From an uncultured Solirubrobacterales bacterium (GTDB lineage: Bacteria; Actinomycetota; Thermoleophilia; Solirubrobacterales; Thermoleophilaceae), in the NCBI GenBank assembly GCA_963697505.1, contig CAVOOF010000002.1:514482-578481 (forward strand): a stretch of DNA of 64,000 nt, given 5' to 3'. The position numbers were made by a program, and so were the translations under genes. Below are positions 41,853-50,063 of the stretch, one piece after another; within the stretch, counting starts at the first letter, position 1, and every line of letters begins with the position of its first letter. Under the pieces are notes generated by a model. It was not told the DNA's origin, did not search any database, and saw nothing but the letters and a program-made list of their open reading frames with translations.

Positions 41853-42209
41853 ATGGTCACCCTCTCCGAGATCGCGACCGAGAAGGTCCAGGGCTTCCTC
41901 GCCCAGCAGGAGTCCGAGGGCGACGTCGGCCTGAGGATCGGCGTGCGCGGTGGCGGCTGCTCCGGCTTCCAGTACGCGCTGGCGCTCGACGAGCGGCGCG
42001 AGGACGACAACGTCTTCGAGCACGAGGGCGTCCCGATCCTCGTCGACCCGGCGAGCCTGCGCTACGTCGACGGCTCCGTGGTCGACTACACCGAGAGCAT
42101 GATGGGCGCCGGCTTCGAGGTCAACAACCCGAACGTCGTCGCGTCCTGCGGCTGCGGCTCCTCGTTCCGGATCGCCGACGAGGATCCCTCGTGCGGCAGC
42201 GCCGCCTGA
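41853..42209 (+). CDS. A-type iron-sulfur cluster carrier (HesB/IscA/ErpA family)
   Basis: Intact 118-aa ORF with GGGCSGFQY and the C-terminal cluster ligands SCGCGSSF. Confidence 0.85.
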   Translation: MVTLSEIATEKVQGFLAQQESEGDVGLRIGVRGGGCSGFQYALALDERREDDNVFEHEGVPILVDPASLRYVDGSVVDYTESMMGAGFEVNNPNVVASCGCGSSFRIADEDPSCGSAA

Positions 42210-42227
42210 GCGCGCCTGCGCGCCGTC

Positions 42228-42728
42228 TCAGTGGATGAACGCCTTGAGGGCGACGATCACCAGGCCGAAGGCGCCGTTGACGCAGGCACCGACGAAGGTC
42301 TGGAAGCGGCTCAGGCCCTCGCGGTGGCCGAGCACGACGCCGTAGGCGAACAGCGACGCGACGCCGAAGCCGATCGCCAGCGTCACCGCCGTCTCGGTCG
42401 AGTAGAAGCCGAGCGCCGACAGGCCGAGCGCCAGCGCCGCGGGAAAGCCGGCCTGGACCATCGGCAGCTCGTCGTCCATCGCGCGTCGCGCCGCCCGCCA
42501 GTTGAGCGACTGCCCGGCGGCGAGCTGCTGCGACAGGACCTCGGCGTAGACGTGCGCGGCCCAGAAGACGATGGTCGTCGCCGTCACGCTGACGAGGATC
42601 TGCCAGGCGTCGATGTCGTAGCCCTCGGACAGGCCGGCGACGAGCGCCGTGATCAGGATCGTGCCGTAGATCGTCCGCGCGACGGTGTGCGTGTCCTGCG
42701 TGCGCGCAGAATTCTGACTCGCCTCCAC
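42228..42728 (-). CDS. hypothetical integral membrane protein (4-5 TM)
   Basis: Intact 166-aa ORF, strongly hydrophobic, with no family recognised. Confidence 0.6.
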   Translation of the reverse strand: MEASQNSARTQDTHTVARTIYGTILITALVAGLSEGYDIDAWQILVSVTATTIVFWAAHVYAEVLSQQLAAGQSLNWRAARRAMDDELPMVQAGFPAALALGLSALGFYSTETAVTLAIGFGVASLFAYGVVLGHREGLSRFQTFVGACVNGAFGLVIVALKAFIH

Positions 42729-42788
42729 GGCGGGAAAGCTAACCCGCCCGGGCGGCTGGCGGTCCGTCCCCCTTACAGTCCCCTGTCG

Positions 42789-44208
42789 GTGGCACGCAAG
42801 GACGACAGCTCGATCCCGACCGGCCGGATCCGCCGCACAGCGAAGGTCGCCGGCCTGGCCGGTGGGCAGACGGCGCGCAACTACGCCACCAAGGCGGCCA
42901 ACCTGACGCGCGGGGAGGAGAAGCGACGCGAGGCCGCGGCGCGCCGCCAGGCCGAAGCCGCGGAGCAGATACTCGACGTGCTCGGAAACATGAAGGGCGC
43001 GGCCATGAAGGTCGGCCAGGTCGCCTCCTACATCGACACCGGCGCCTTCCCCGAGGAGTTCCAGGCGCGGATCCAGGAGAAGCTGGCGGAGCTGCGCGAC
43101 TCGGCGCCGCGGGTGCCGTTCAAGGAGATGCGCGCGGTGATCGAGGACGGGCTCGACGCGCGGATCGGCGACGTCTTCGCCGAGTTCGACGAGGAGGCCG
43201 TCGCGGCCGCCTCGATCGGCCAGGTCTATCGCGCGCGGCTACGAGACGACGAGGACGGGCGACTCGCCGGCCGCGAGGTCGCGGTCAAGGTGCAGTACCC
43301 GGGCGTCGCCGAGGCGGTCCGCGCCGACCTCAAGAACCTGGGCCTGCTGCTGCGCGTCGCTCAAGCGGATCGCGCCCGGGATGGACGTCAAGGGGACGAG
43401 CGCCGAGATCCGCGAGCGACTGACCGACGAGCTCGACTACGAGCAGGAGGCCCAGGCGCAGCGCGCGATGGCGCGCGCCTGGCGCGGCCATCCGTTCGTC
43501 GTGATCCCCGAGGTCGCGACCGCGCTCAGCAGCGAACGCGTGCTGGTCACCGAGTGGATCGATGGACGCCCGTTCGAGGCGGTCGCCGAGCTGCCGGAGG
43601 CCGAGCGCGACCGCTTCGGCGAGATCGTCTACCGCTTCTTCGCCGGCGGGCTGTACCGCAACGGCCATTTCTCGGGCGACCCCCATCCGGGCAACTACCG
43701 GCTGCTCGACGACGGCCGCGTGATGTTCCTCGACTTCGGCATGACCAAGCACGTCGCCGGCGACTACCTCGAGCGCGAGCTGGCCGCGATGCGGGCCGGG
43801 ATGGCGGGCGACGCCGAGGCGCTGCACCGGGCGCTGACCGCCGCCGGCTACTACGCGCCCGACTTCGAGATCGACTCGCAGCTCGTGCTCGACCACTTCC
43901 GCGACGTGACCGCGTGGTACGTGGACGACGGCGTGCTGACCGTCGACCGCGCGCTGGTGACGCGCGTGCTGATCGACTCCGGCGACCCGCGCTCCCCCCA
44001 CTGGGAGGTGATGCGCCGGGCCACCCTGCCGCCCGACGCGATGTTCGCGCGCCGGATGGAGGGCCTGGTCCTCGGCGTGCTCGGCCACCTCGGCGCGACC
44101 GCGAACTGGCACCGGATCGCCCGCGAGCTGATGTTCGGCGACCCGCCCTCGACCCCGCTCGGCGAGCTCGAGGCCGACTACTTCGGCGAGCGCAGCGCGG
44201 CGGCGTGA
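42789..44208 (+). pseudogene. ABC1/UbiB-family atypical protein kinase; single frameshift near 43360
   Basis: GTG 42789 gives VARKDDSSIPTGRIRRTAKVAG..MKVGQVASYID..AASIGQVYRARL..EVAVKVQYPGV..LLLRVA (frame of ORF 42231..44825). ORF 43381..44208 continues ..IAPGMDVKGTSAEIRERLTDELDYEQEA..FSGDPHPGNY..FLDFGM... The span is 1420 nt, or 473 codons plus 1 base. Confidence 0.8.
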
Positions 44209-44825
44209 GCGGCTACGGCTTCGACCACCTCCGTGGCTGCGACCCGGTGCTCGGGGCGCTGGTCGGCGACCACGGGCCGCTCGACGAGGAGGAGCGCCGC
44301 CGCGGCCGCCCCGACGACGCCTATGGCGCGCTGGTGCGCGCGATCGTCGGCCAGCAGCTGTCGGTCAAGGCCGCGAAGACGATCTACGACCGGCTCTGCG
44401 ACCTCTACGACGGGCGCACCCCCACCCCGGCCGAGCTGATCGCCACCGACCCCGACGAGCTGCGCGGCGTCGGGCTGTCGCGCGCGAAGGCGGCCTACCT
44501 GCGCGACCTCGCCGAGCACGTCGAGGACGGCGAGCTGGACCTCGAGGCTCTGCCCGAACTGCCCGACGACGAGGTCTCCGAGCAGCTCATCGCGATCAAG
44601 GGCCTCGGACGCTGGACGGTCGACATGTTCCTGATGTTCCACCTCGGCCGGCCGGACGTCCTGCCGGTCGGCGACCTCGGCATCCGCCGCGCCGTGCAGC
44701 TCGCCTACGGCCTCGACGAGCTGCCCGCGCCCGCGGAGCTGACGCGGATCGCCCAGCCCTGGCAACCGCATCGAACGCTCGCCTGCCTCTATCTCTGGGC
44801 GTCGCTCGACAACACGCCCGCCTAG
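44205..44825 (+). CDS. HhH-GPD DNA glycosylase (AlkA / 3-methyladenine glycosylase II-like)
   Basis: GTG 44205 overlaps the kinase stop (GTGA). Sequence ..DAYGALVRAIVGQQLSVKAAKTIYDRL..LRGVGLSRAKAAYLRDLA..IKGLGRWTVDMFLMFHLGRPDVLPVGDLGIRR.. contains the HhH-GPD motif and the catalytic Asp. Confidence 0.8.
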   Translation: MSGYGFDHLRGCDPVLGALVGDHGPLDEEERRRGRPDDAYGALVRAIVGQQLSVKAAKTIYDRLCDLYDGRTPTPAELIATDPDELRGVGLSRAKAAYLRDLAEHVEDGELDLEALPELPDDEVSEQLIAIKGLGRWTVDMFLMFHLGRPDVLPVGDLGIRRAVQLAYGLDELPAPAELTRIAQPWQPHRTLACLYLWASLDNTPA

Positions 44826-44906
44826 GCGACCGCGAAACGTGCTCCGGGGTTTCCGCGCCCGGGCACGGGGTACCCAGCGGTCGACCCCGAAGGAGGAGGA
44901 GAGCCG

Positions 44907-45272
44907 ATGGACACCGGACTGCTGGTAGTCCTGATCGTGGCGGCGGTGATCGTCCTGGCTTTGGTGTTCCTGGCCAGCCGCCGGGCCCGCGTACGGCGCG
45001 ACGAGCGCCACCGCGCCGAGGCGAGCGAGCATCGCGAGGAGGCGCGCATCAGCGGGGCGCGCGCGGATCGCGAGCGCGCCGAGGCCGAGGAGCGGGCGGC
45101 TCGCGCGCGCGCCGAGCTGGCGGCGTCCGAGGAGCAGGCGGCCGAGGCCGGGCGTGCACGACGCGAGGCGGAGGGCCGCCACGAGCAGGCGGCGCGGCTC
45201 GACCCCGACGTCGACGAGCGCGAGGCCGGCACCCTTCCGCGCGCCGACCGCACGCGCGGCGACGACACCTAG
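44907..45272 (+). CDS. hypothetical membrane-anchored protein with Arg/Glu/Ala-rich coiled-coil
   Basis: Intact ORF with GAAGGAGGAGGAG upstream, an N-terminal TM (LLVVLIVAAVIVLALVFLA) and a highly charged low-complexity tail. Confidence 0.55.
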   Translation: MDTGLLVVLIVAAVIVLALVFLASRRARVRRDERHRAEASEHREEARISGARADRERAEAEERAARARAELAASEEQAAEAGRARREAEGRHEQAARLDPDVDEREAGTLPRADRTRGDDT

Positions 45273-45323
45273 TCGGGGGGCGGGCCTAGGCGAGCGCCGG
45301 GCGCGTATGTAGAGTCCGCCGAG

Positions 45324-46187
45324 ATGCCGGTCTCCGTCGTCACGGACACCACCGGGTACCTGCCGCGGGAGAAGCTCGACCGCTACGGGATCACGGCGGT
45401 CCCCCTCTACGTCGTCTTCAGCGACCGCACGGTCAAGGAGACCGACATCACCGACTACCCGGCCTTCTTCGAGGAGCTGCGGCGCGCGGACAGCCTGCCG
45501 AAGACCTCGCAGCCGTCGGTCGGCGACTTCGTCGCGGCGTTCGAGCCGCTGCTGGCGCGTGGCGACGAGGTCGTGTCGGTCCATATCTCCGGCGGCATCT
45601 CGGGCACGGTCGAGTCGGCCCGCCAGGCCGCCGAGCAGCTCGAGCGCGACGGGCGGGGTGGCGAGCGGGTGCGCGTCGTCGACTCCTCGACCGCCGCCGG
45701 CGGGCAGGGGATCGTCGCGCTCGCGGCGGCACGCTGCGCGCAGCTCGGCGGGACCTCGGACGAGGTCGTCGACGCGGCAGAGCGTTCCCGCTCCGAGCTG
45801 AAGATGTGGTTCGCGATCGACACGCTCGAGTTCCTCAAGCGCGGTGGGCGGATCGGCGCGGCGAGCGCCTGGATCGGATCGACGCTGAAGATCAAGCCGA
45901 TCCTGACCGTCGAGCGCGAGCTGAGCCCGGTCGAGCGCGTGCGCACCAGCTCGCGGATGTTCGAGCGGCTGGTCGACTACGCCCAGCAGCGCCACGACTC
46001 CGGCGCCGACGCCTGGGTCGTCCAGCACATAGCGGCCCCTGACGTCGCCGAGCGACTCGCCGAGCGCTGCTACGAGGTCTTCGGCTGCGACCCGCTGTTC
46101 ATCAGCGAGGTCGGCCCGGTGCTCAGCGCCCACACCGGCCCGGGCATGCTCGGCGTCGGCTCGGTGCCGACGCGCTTCTTCGATTAG
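45324..46187 (+). CDS. DegV-family fatty-acid-binding protein
   Basis: Intact 287-aa ORF: VVTDTTGYLP..TSQPSVGDF..VHISGGISGTVESA..WFAIDTLEFLKRGGRIG..IKPIL. Confidence 0.85.
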   Translation: MPVSVVTDTTGYLPREKLDRYGITAVPLYVVFSDRTVKETDITDYPAFFEELRRADSLPKTSQPSVGDFVAAFEPLLARGDEVVSVHISGGISGTVESARQAAEQLERDGRGGERVRVVDSSTAAGGQGIVALAAARCAQLGGTSDEVVDAAERSRSELKMWFAIDTLEFLKRGGRIGAASAWIGSTLKIKPILTVERELSPVERVRTSSRMFERLVDYAQQRHDSGADAWVVQHIAAPDVAERLAERCYEVFGCDPLFISEVGPVLSAHTGPGMLGVGSVPTRFFD

Positions 46188-46232
46188 CCCCGCCCCCTCC
46201 GTCTGTCCGACGCGAGGTCCAGTCTTGGGCGC

Positions 46233-47342
46233 ATGAATCACGAGGTCCCCGCGGCGAAGTCGGTCGTACGGACGGTGCTGGTCATCGTCGCGGTGCTGGT
46301 GGTGCTGTACCTGATCTACCTGCTGCGCAAGCCGATCGGCTGGCTGCTGATCGCCGCCTTCCTGGCGATCGCGCTGTCGGGCCCGGTCAACGTGCTGCAC
46401 CGCCGGATGCGACGCGGTTTCGCGATCGCCATCGTCTACCTCGGTCTGCTGATGATCCCGATCGGGATCGGCGCGCTGATCGTGCCGCCGATCGTGACCG
46501 GCGCCGAGGACCTCGCGCAGAACGCGCCCCAGTACGCCAACGACGTGACGGAGTTCGTCAACGACAACGAGCGGCTGCAGAAGCTCAACGACGACTACGA
46601 CATCACCTCGAAGTTGCAGGAGGAGGCGGCCAAGCTGCCCGAGAAGCTCGGCGACGCCGCGAGCGTGCTGAGCGACGTCGGCCTGGGGATCGTCAACTCG
46701 ATCTTCGCCGTCGTGACGATCCTGATCCTGACCGCGTTCATGCTCGGCGGCGGCCGGCGCTGGATCACCGCGGGGCTGCGCTTCGTGCCGGAGGACCGCG
46801 CGGAGCGGATGGAGCGCGTCGTCGACCGCTCGGCGCGCGCTGTCGGCAACTACGTCGCCGGCGCGCTCGCGCAGGCGCTGGTCGCCGCGGTGACGTCGTT
46901 CATCGTGCTGAAGATCCTCGGCATCCCGTTCGCCGCGCCGCTGGCGCTGATCGTCTTCTTCTTCGACCTGATCCCGATGGTCGGCGCGACGATCGGCGCG
47001 ATCGCCGTCGGCATCGTGACGCTGTTCGGCGACTTCCCCGGCGACACGATCATCTGGGCGGTCTGGTCGATCGTCTACCAGCAGGTCGAGAACAACCTGA
47101 TCCAGCCGCAGATCCAGAACCGCGCCGTCGACATCAACCCGTTCCTGGTGATCGTCTCGGTGCTCTTCGGCGGCACGCTGCTGGGCATCCTGGGAGCGCT
47201 GATGGCCGTCCCCGTCGCCGCCACGATCCAGATCGCCGTGCGCGAGTGGGCCGACCTGCGCGGCATCCGCCCCCGCGAGGACGGCCCGCCCGACGAGCCC
47301 CCACCCGGCCCGCCGATCGAGCCGCCGCCATTGCCTGCCTGA
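46233..47342 (+). CDS. AI-2E family transporter (PerM/YhhT-like permease)
   Basis: Intact 369-aa ORF with 7-8 TM, the conserved ..FFFDLIPMVGATIGAI.. region and a Pro-rich C-terminal tail. Confidence 0.8.
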   Translation: MNHEVPAAKSVVRTVLVIVAVLVVLYLIYLLRKPIGWLLIAAFLAIALSGPVNVLHRRMRRGFAIAIVYLGLLMIPIGIGALIVPPIVTGAEDLAQNAPQYANDVTEFVNDNERLQKLNDDYDITSKLQEEAAKLPEKLGDAASVLSDVGLGIVNSIFAVVTILILTAFMLGGGRRWITAGLRFVPEDRAERMERVVDRSARAVGNYVAGALAQALVAAVTSFIVLKILGIPFAAPLALIVFFFDLIPMVGATIGAIAVGIVTLFGDFPGDTIIWAVWSIVYQQVENNLIQPQIQNRAVDINPFLVIVSVLFGGTLLGILGALMAVPVAATIQIAVREWADLRGIRPREDGPPDEPPPGPPIEPPPLPA

Positions 47343-47343
47343 A

Positions 47344-47488
47344 CCGCCGCCGCTGAGGGAGTGGCTGGCAAGGGGAAGCACCCCTTCGGGGCACAGGCAG
47401 GGGGCCGTGGCGGGGCCCGCCCCGCGAGGCCCCCGCCTGTGCCCCGAAGGGGTGATGACGCCGCCAGGCGCTTCCTCAGCGGCGGCGG
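47344..47488. terminator. 145-nt compound inverted repeat between convergent genes (bidirectional terminator or structured RNA)
   Basis: Outer arms CCGCCGCCGCTGAGG (47344-47358) / CCTCAGCGGCGGCGG (47474-47488). Inner 20-bp perfect arms CACCCCTTCGGGGCACAGGC (47379-47398) / GCCTGTGCCCCGAAGGGGTG (47435-47454), extended by GGGGG/CCCCC with one bulge. The right outer arm contains the stop of the DUF3618 gene. Confidence 0.55.
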
Positions 47489-47715
47489 CGGAAGAGGGAG
47501 ACGGCGGCGGCGATGCCCCCGCCGACGACGAAGCCGGTGACGGCTGCCGTGGTGAGCGCCGCGTTGCGGTTCTCGGACAGCTGGCGGCGCCAGTCGGCCA
47601 GCTCGGTGACCTTCGAGCGCAGGTCGTCGACCGACAGCGCGAGGTCGCGACGCGTCTCCTCGATCGAGCTGCGGATCTGGTCCGGGGTGCGGTTGGCGGG
47701 GACGCCGGCGGTCAT
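47476..47715 (-). CDS. DUF3618-like small membrane protein
   Basis: Intact 79-aa ORF: ..RTPDQIRSSIEETRRDLALSVDDLRSKV.. plus a C-terminal TM. It overlaps the upstream gene by 4 nt. Confidence 0.7.
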   Translation of the reverse strand: MTAGVPANRTPDQIRSSIEETRRDLALSVDDLRSKVTELADWRRQLSENRNAALTTAAVTGFVVGGGIAAAVSLFRRRR

Positions 47716-48185
47716 GGCTTGCTCGTCTCCTCAGGGGTCTTCCGCGGCACGGGCACGGCGGGGCCGGTGGGCTTGGCCGGCTGGGCGTGCGCCTCGATCG
47801 TGTCGCGCGTGATCTTCGCCTGCTGGATCGCCATGTCGGGCGTCGGCGGCCCGGCCTTCAGCCACTTGGCGGCCAGCAGCCCGGAGATGACCGCGAGGAT
47901 CACCAGCAGCAGCGTCACGATCCCGAACCCAGCCCAGATCTGGAGATCGAAGACCTCCACGAGCAGCCAGGCGAGCGTGTGCAGGAACATCACCAGCGCG
48001 AAGACGAGGAAGACGCCCGCGGCGACGCCGATGCCGGCGCCGCGGCCCATCGTCTTGGCCTTCGAGATGACCTCGGCCTTGGCGAGCTCGATCTCCTCGC
48101 GGACCAGCAGCGAGGCCTTCTCGGACATCTCCGAGACGATCTCGCCGAGGCTGCGGTCGGCGCCGTTGGGGCCCGGGACGCTCAT
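47712..48185 (-). CDS. 'Actinobacterial Holin-X' (holin superfamily III-like) membrane protein
   Basis: Intact 157-aa ORF: SLGEIVSEMSEKASLLVREEIELAKAEV.., two TM (AGIGVAAGVFLVFALVMFL, AGFGIVTLLLVILAVISGLLA), then ..GPPTPDMAIQQAK... It overlaps the upstream gene by 4 nt. Confidence 0.7.
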   Translation of the reverse strand: MSVPGPNGADRSLGEIVSEMSEKASLLVREEIELAKAEVISKAKTMGRGAGIGVAAGVFLVFALVMFLHTLAWLLVEVFDLQIWAGFGIVTLLLVILAVISGLLAAKWLKAGPPTPDMAIQQAKITRDTIEAHAQPAKPTGPAVPVPRKTPEETSKP

Positions 48186-48394
48186 CGACCGAACCGCTTG
48201 AGGAACTTGGCGAAGATCAGGCCGCCGGCGAACGCGGCGCCGACGTACAGCTCCGGCCGCTCGGCGAACGGGTCCTGCTCGGGTGGCGGAGGTGGCGACG
48301 CGCTCGAGCGCTCACCGGCGGCCACCTCGACCGACGGGAACTCACGAGTGGCCTGCTCGCCCGCGGCGCCGGGTCCCTGGGCCGAGGACTCCAT
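48182..48394 (-). CDS. hypothetical 70-aa protein with C-terminal TM
   Basis: These are the last 70 codons of ORF 48182..49330: MESSAQGPGAAGEQ..PPPPPEQDPFAERPELYVGAAFAGGLIFAKFLKRFGR*. Its ATG 48394 shares a base with the stop of the upstream small ORF (TGATG). Confidence 0.55.
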   Translation of the reverse strand: MESSAQGPGAAGEQATREFPSVEVAAGERSSASPPPPPEQDPFAERPELYVGAAFAGGLIFAKFLKRFGR

Positions 48395-48531
48395 CAGGCG
48401 TCCGGCGGGTCCTCGTCGAACACGCGCACCCAGATGAAAGCGGCGATCCGGTGCGCGACGATCGTGGACAGGGCGCTGACACCGGCCAGGACGCCGCTCC
48501 ACATCAGTCGCTTGACTAGCTCGTTCTCCAT
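48394..48531 (-). CDS. 45-aa DUF4235-like small membrane protein (below the ORF-track size cut-off)
   Basis: Manual translation: ATG 48531 MENELVKRLMWSGVLAGVSALSTIVAHRIAAFIWVRVFDEDPPDA* (TGA 48396-48394). GC3-rich. The pattern (TM, then W.......E.PP) resembles DUF4235. Confidence 0.5.
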   Translation of the reverse strand: MENELVKRLMWSGVLAGVSALSTIVAHRIAAFIWVRVFDEDPPDA

Positions 48532-48540
48532 CCGCGCGAT

Positions 48541-49183
48541 TCAACCAGATACGGCGGGCGTACCCGATGGCGAGATCTCCAAGCCTCCGCAGATCGCCTC
48601 GACGACGAGCGCCTTGGCACGCTCGAACTCCTCCTCGGTCTCCGGCAGCAGATCGAAGATCCAACCCGACAGCAGCTGCTCGATCGCGCCGTAGAAGCAC
48701 ATCGCCGCGAACTCGGCCGAGATGTCCTGCTTGAAGACTCCGTCGCGGCGGGCCGACTCGACGATCTCGGCGATCCGCGCGTAGGCCTCGCGGATCTTGT
48801 CGAGGTGCAGCTTGCCGAACGAGTTCGCCGCGCGTGTGACCTCGACGATGATCACCTTCATCAGGTCGGGCTCGTGGCGGTAGGAGTCGATGATGAAGCC
48901 GGCGACCTCGTGCAGCTTCTCGCGCGGCGGGAAGCTCGTCGCGCGCGTCGATCTCGGAGATCGCGTCGAGCATGATCTGCCAGCGCTCGAGGAAGAGCTC
49001 GTTGAGCATCTCCTCCTTCGAGTCGAAGTAGTGGTAGACGAGGCCGTAGGCGACGCCGGCCTCGTCGGCGACGTCGGAGACGCGGCAGTGGTGGAAGCCC
49101 TGGCGGGCGAAGACGGTGATCGCCGCGTCGAGGATCAGGCGGCGCTTGTCGACGGCGCCGGGGCGCGGGGTCGCGGCGGCCAT
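48541..49183 (-). pseudogene. TetR-family transcriptional regulator; single frameshift near 48945
   Basis: ATG 49183 (TGATG overlap with the nitrilase stop) gives MAAATPRPGAVDKRRLILDAAITVFARQGFHHCRVSDVADEAGVAYGLVYHYFDSKEEML.. (HTH) in the frame of ORF 48182..49330. The third frame covers ATSFPPREKLHEVAGFIIDSYRHEPDL. ORF 48541..48861 provides the C-terminal ligand domain. Confidence 0.75.
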
Positions 49184-50004
49184 CAGGCGCCCTCCTCCCA
49201 GCGGTAGGCGGCCGGGACGCGGTTGGCGAGGCTCGGCAGCGTCGCGCGCACCTCGTCCTGGCGCGCGAGGTCGAGGTCGGCCGCGACGAAGCACTCCTCG
49301 TCGGCGGCCCGGACGAGGACGTCGCCCCACGGGTCGACGATCTGCGAGCCGCCGTAGCTCTCCATCCCCCCGGGGTGGGCGCCGATCTGGTCGGCGGCGA
49401 CGACGAAGGCCTGGTTCTCGATCGCCCGCGCCCGCACGAGCGTGTCCCAGTGGGCGGCACCGGTGACCGCGGTGAACGCCGACGGCAGGCTCATGACGCG
49501 CGCCCCGCGCACCGCGAGGATGCGGAACAGCTCCGGGAACCGCAGGTCGTAGCAGACGGTCAGCCCGAGGCTGACGTCCCGCGCCTCGCTGAGCACGATC
49601 TCGTCGCCGGCCTGCTCGGTCGCCGACTCGCGGTACTCGCGCCCGCCGACGGTGACGTCGAACATGTGGATCTTGCGGTAGGCCGCGCGGTCGATCCCGT
49701 CGGGGCCGATGTGCACGGAGGTGTTCGCGAGCTTGTCCTGACCGTCGCGCCGCTCGGGGATCGAGCCGGCGACGAGGTCGATCGCCAGCTCGCGGGCGAG
49801 CTCGCGCGCCCAGCGCAGCGTCGGCCCGTCGAGCGACTCGGCGCCGGCGGCCAGCTGCTCGGGGGTGCCGAGCACGTTGAACTTCTCCGGCAGCACCACG
49901 AGCGTGGAGCCGTCGGCCGCGGCGGCGCGCACCAGCCGCTCGGCGGTCGCCAGGTTGCTCTGCTTGTCCGCAGTGGAGTTCATCTGAATGGCCGCGGCTC
50001 GCAC
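49183..50004 (-). CDS. carbon-nitrogen hydrolase (nitrilase superfamily, Nit/amidase-like)
   Basis: Intact 273-aa ORF with the Glu-Lys-Cys triad in the contexts VVLPEKF, YRKIHMF and LTVCYDLRFPE. Confidence 0.85.
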   Translation of the reverse strand: MRAAAIQMNSTADKQSNLATAERLVRAAAADGSTLVVLPEKFNVLGTPEQLAAGAESLDGPTLRWARELARELAIDLVAGSIPERRDGQDKLANTSVHIGPDGIDRAAYRKIHMFDVTVGGREYRESATEQAGDEIVLSEARDVSLGLTVCYDLRFPELFRILAVRGARVMSLPSAFTAVTGAAHWDTLVRARAIENQAFVVAADQIGAHPGGMESYGGSQIVDPWGDVLVRAADEECFVAADLDLARQDEVRATLPSLANRVPAAYRWEEGA

Positions 50005-50063
50005 TTATGCTCCCTGAGCCAGATTGACTCGTCAGTCAACGAGTCTAACGTCGCGGACGGCGC

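Noticed and set aside
42231-44825. 864-aa plus-strand ORF spanning 2.6 kb.
   Set aside because: It concatenates the antisense of the membrane-protein gene 42228..42728, the N-terminal half of the ABC1 kinase, an off-frame stretch after the break near 43360, and the in-frame AlkA-like gene. It is split into the component genes instead.
47712-48185. Holin-X gene as part of a prophage lysis cassette.
   Set aside because: No endolysin, terminase, capsid, integrase or att-like repeats occur within 15 kb either side. The neighbours are conserved small membrane proteins and housekeeping genes.
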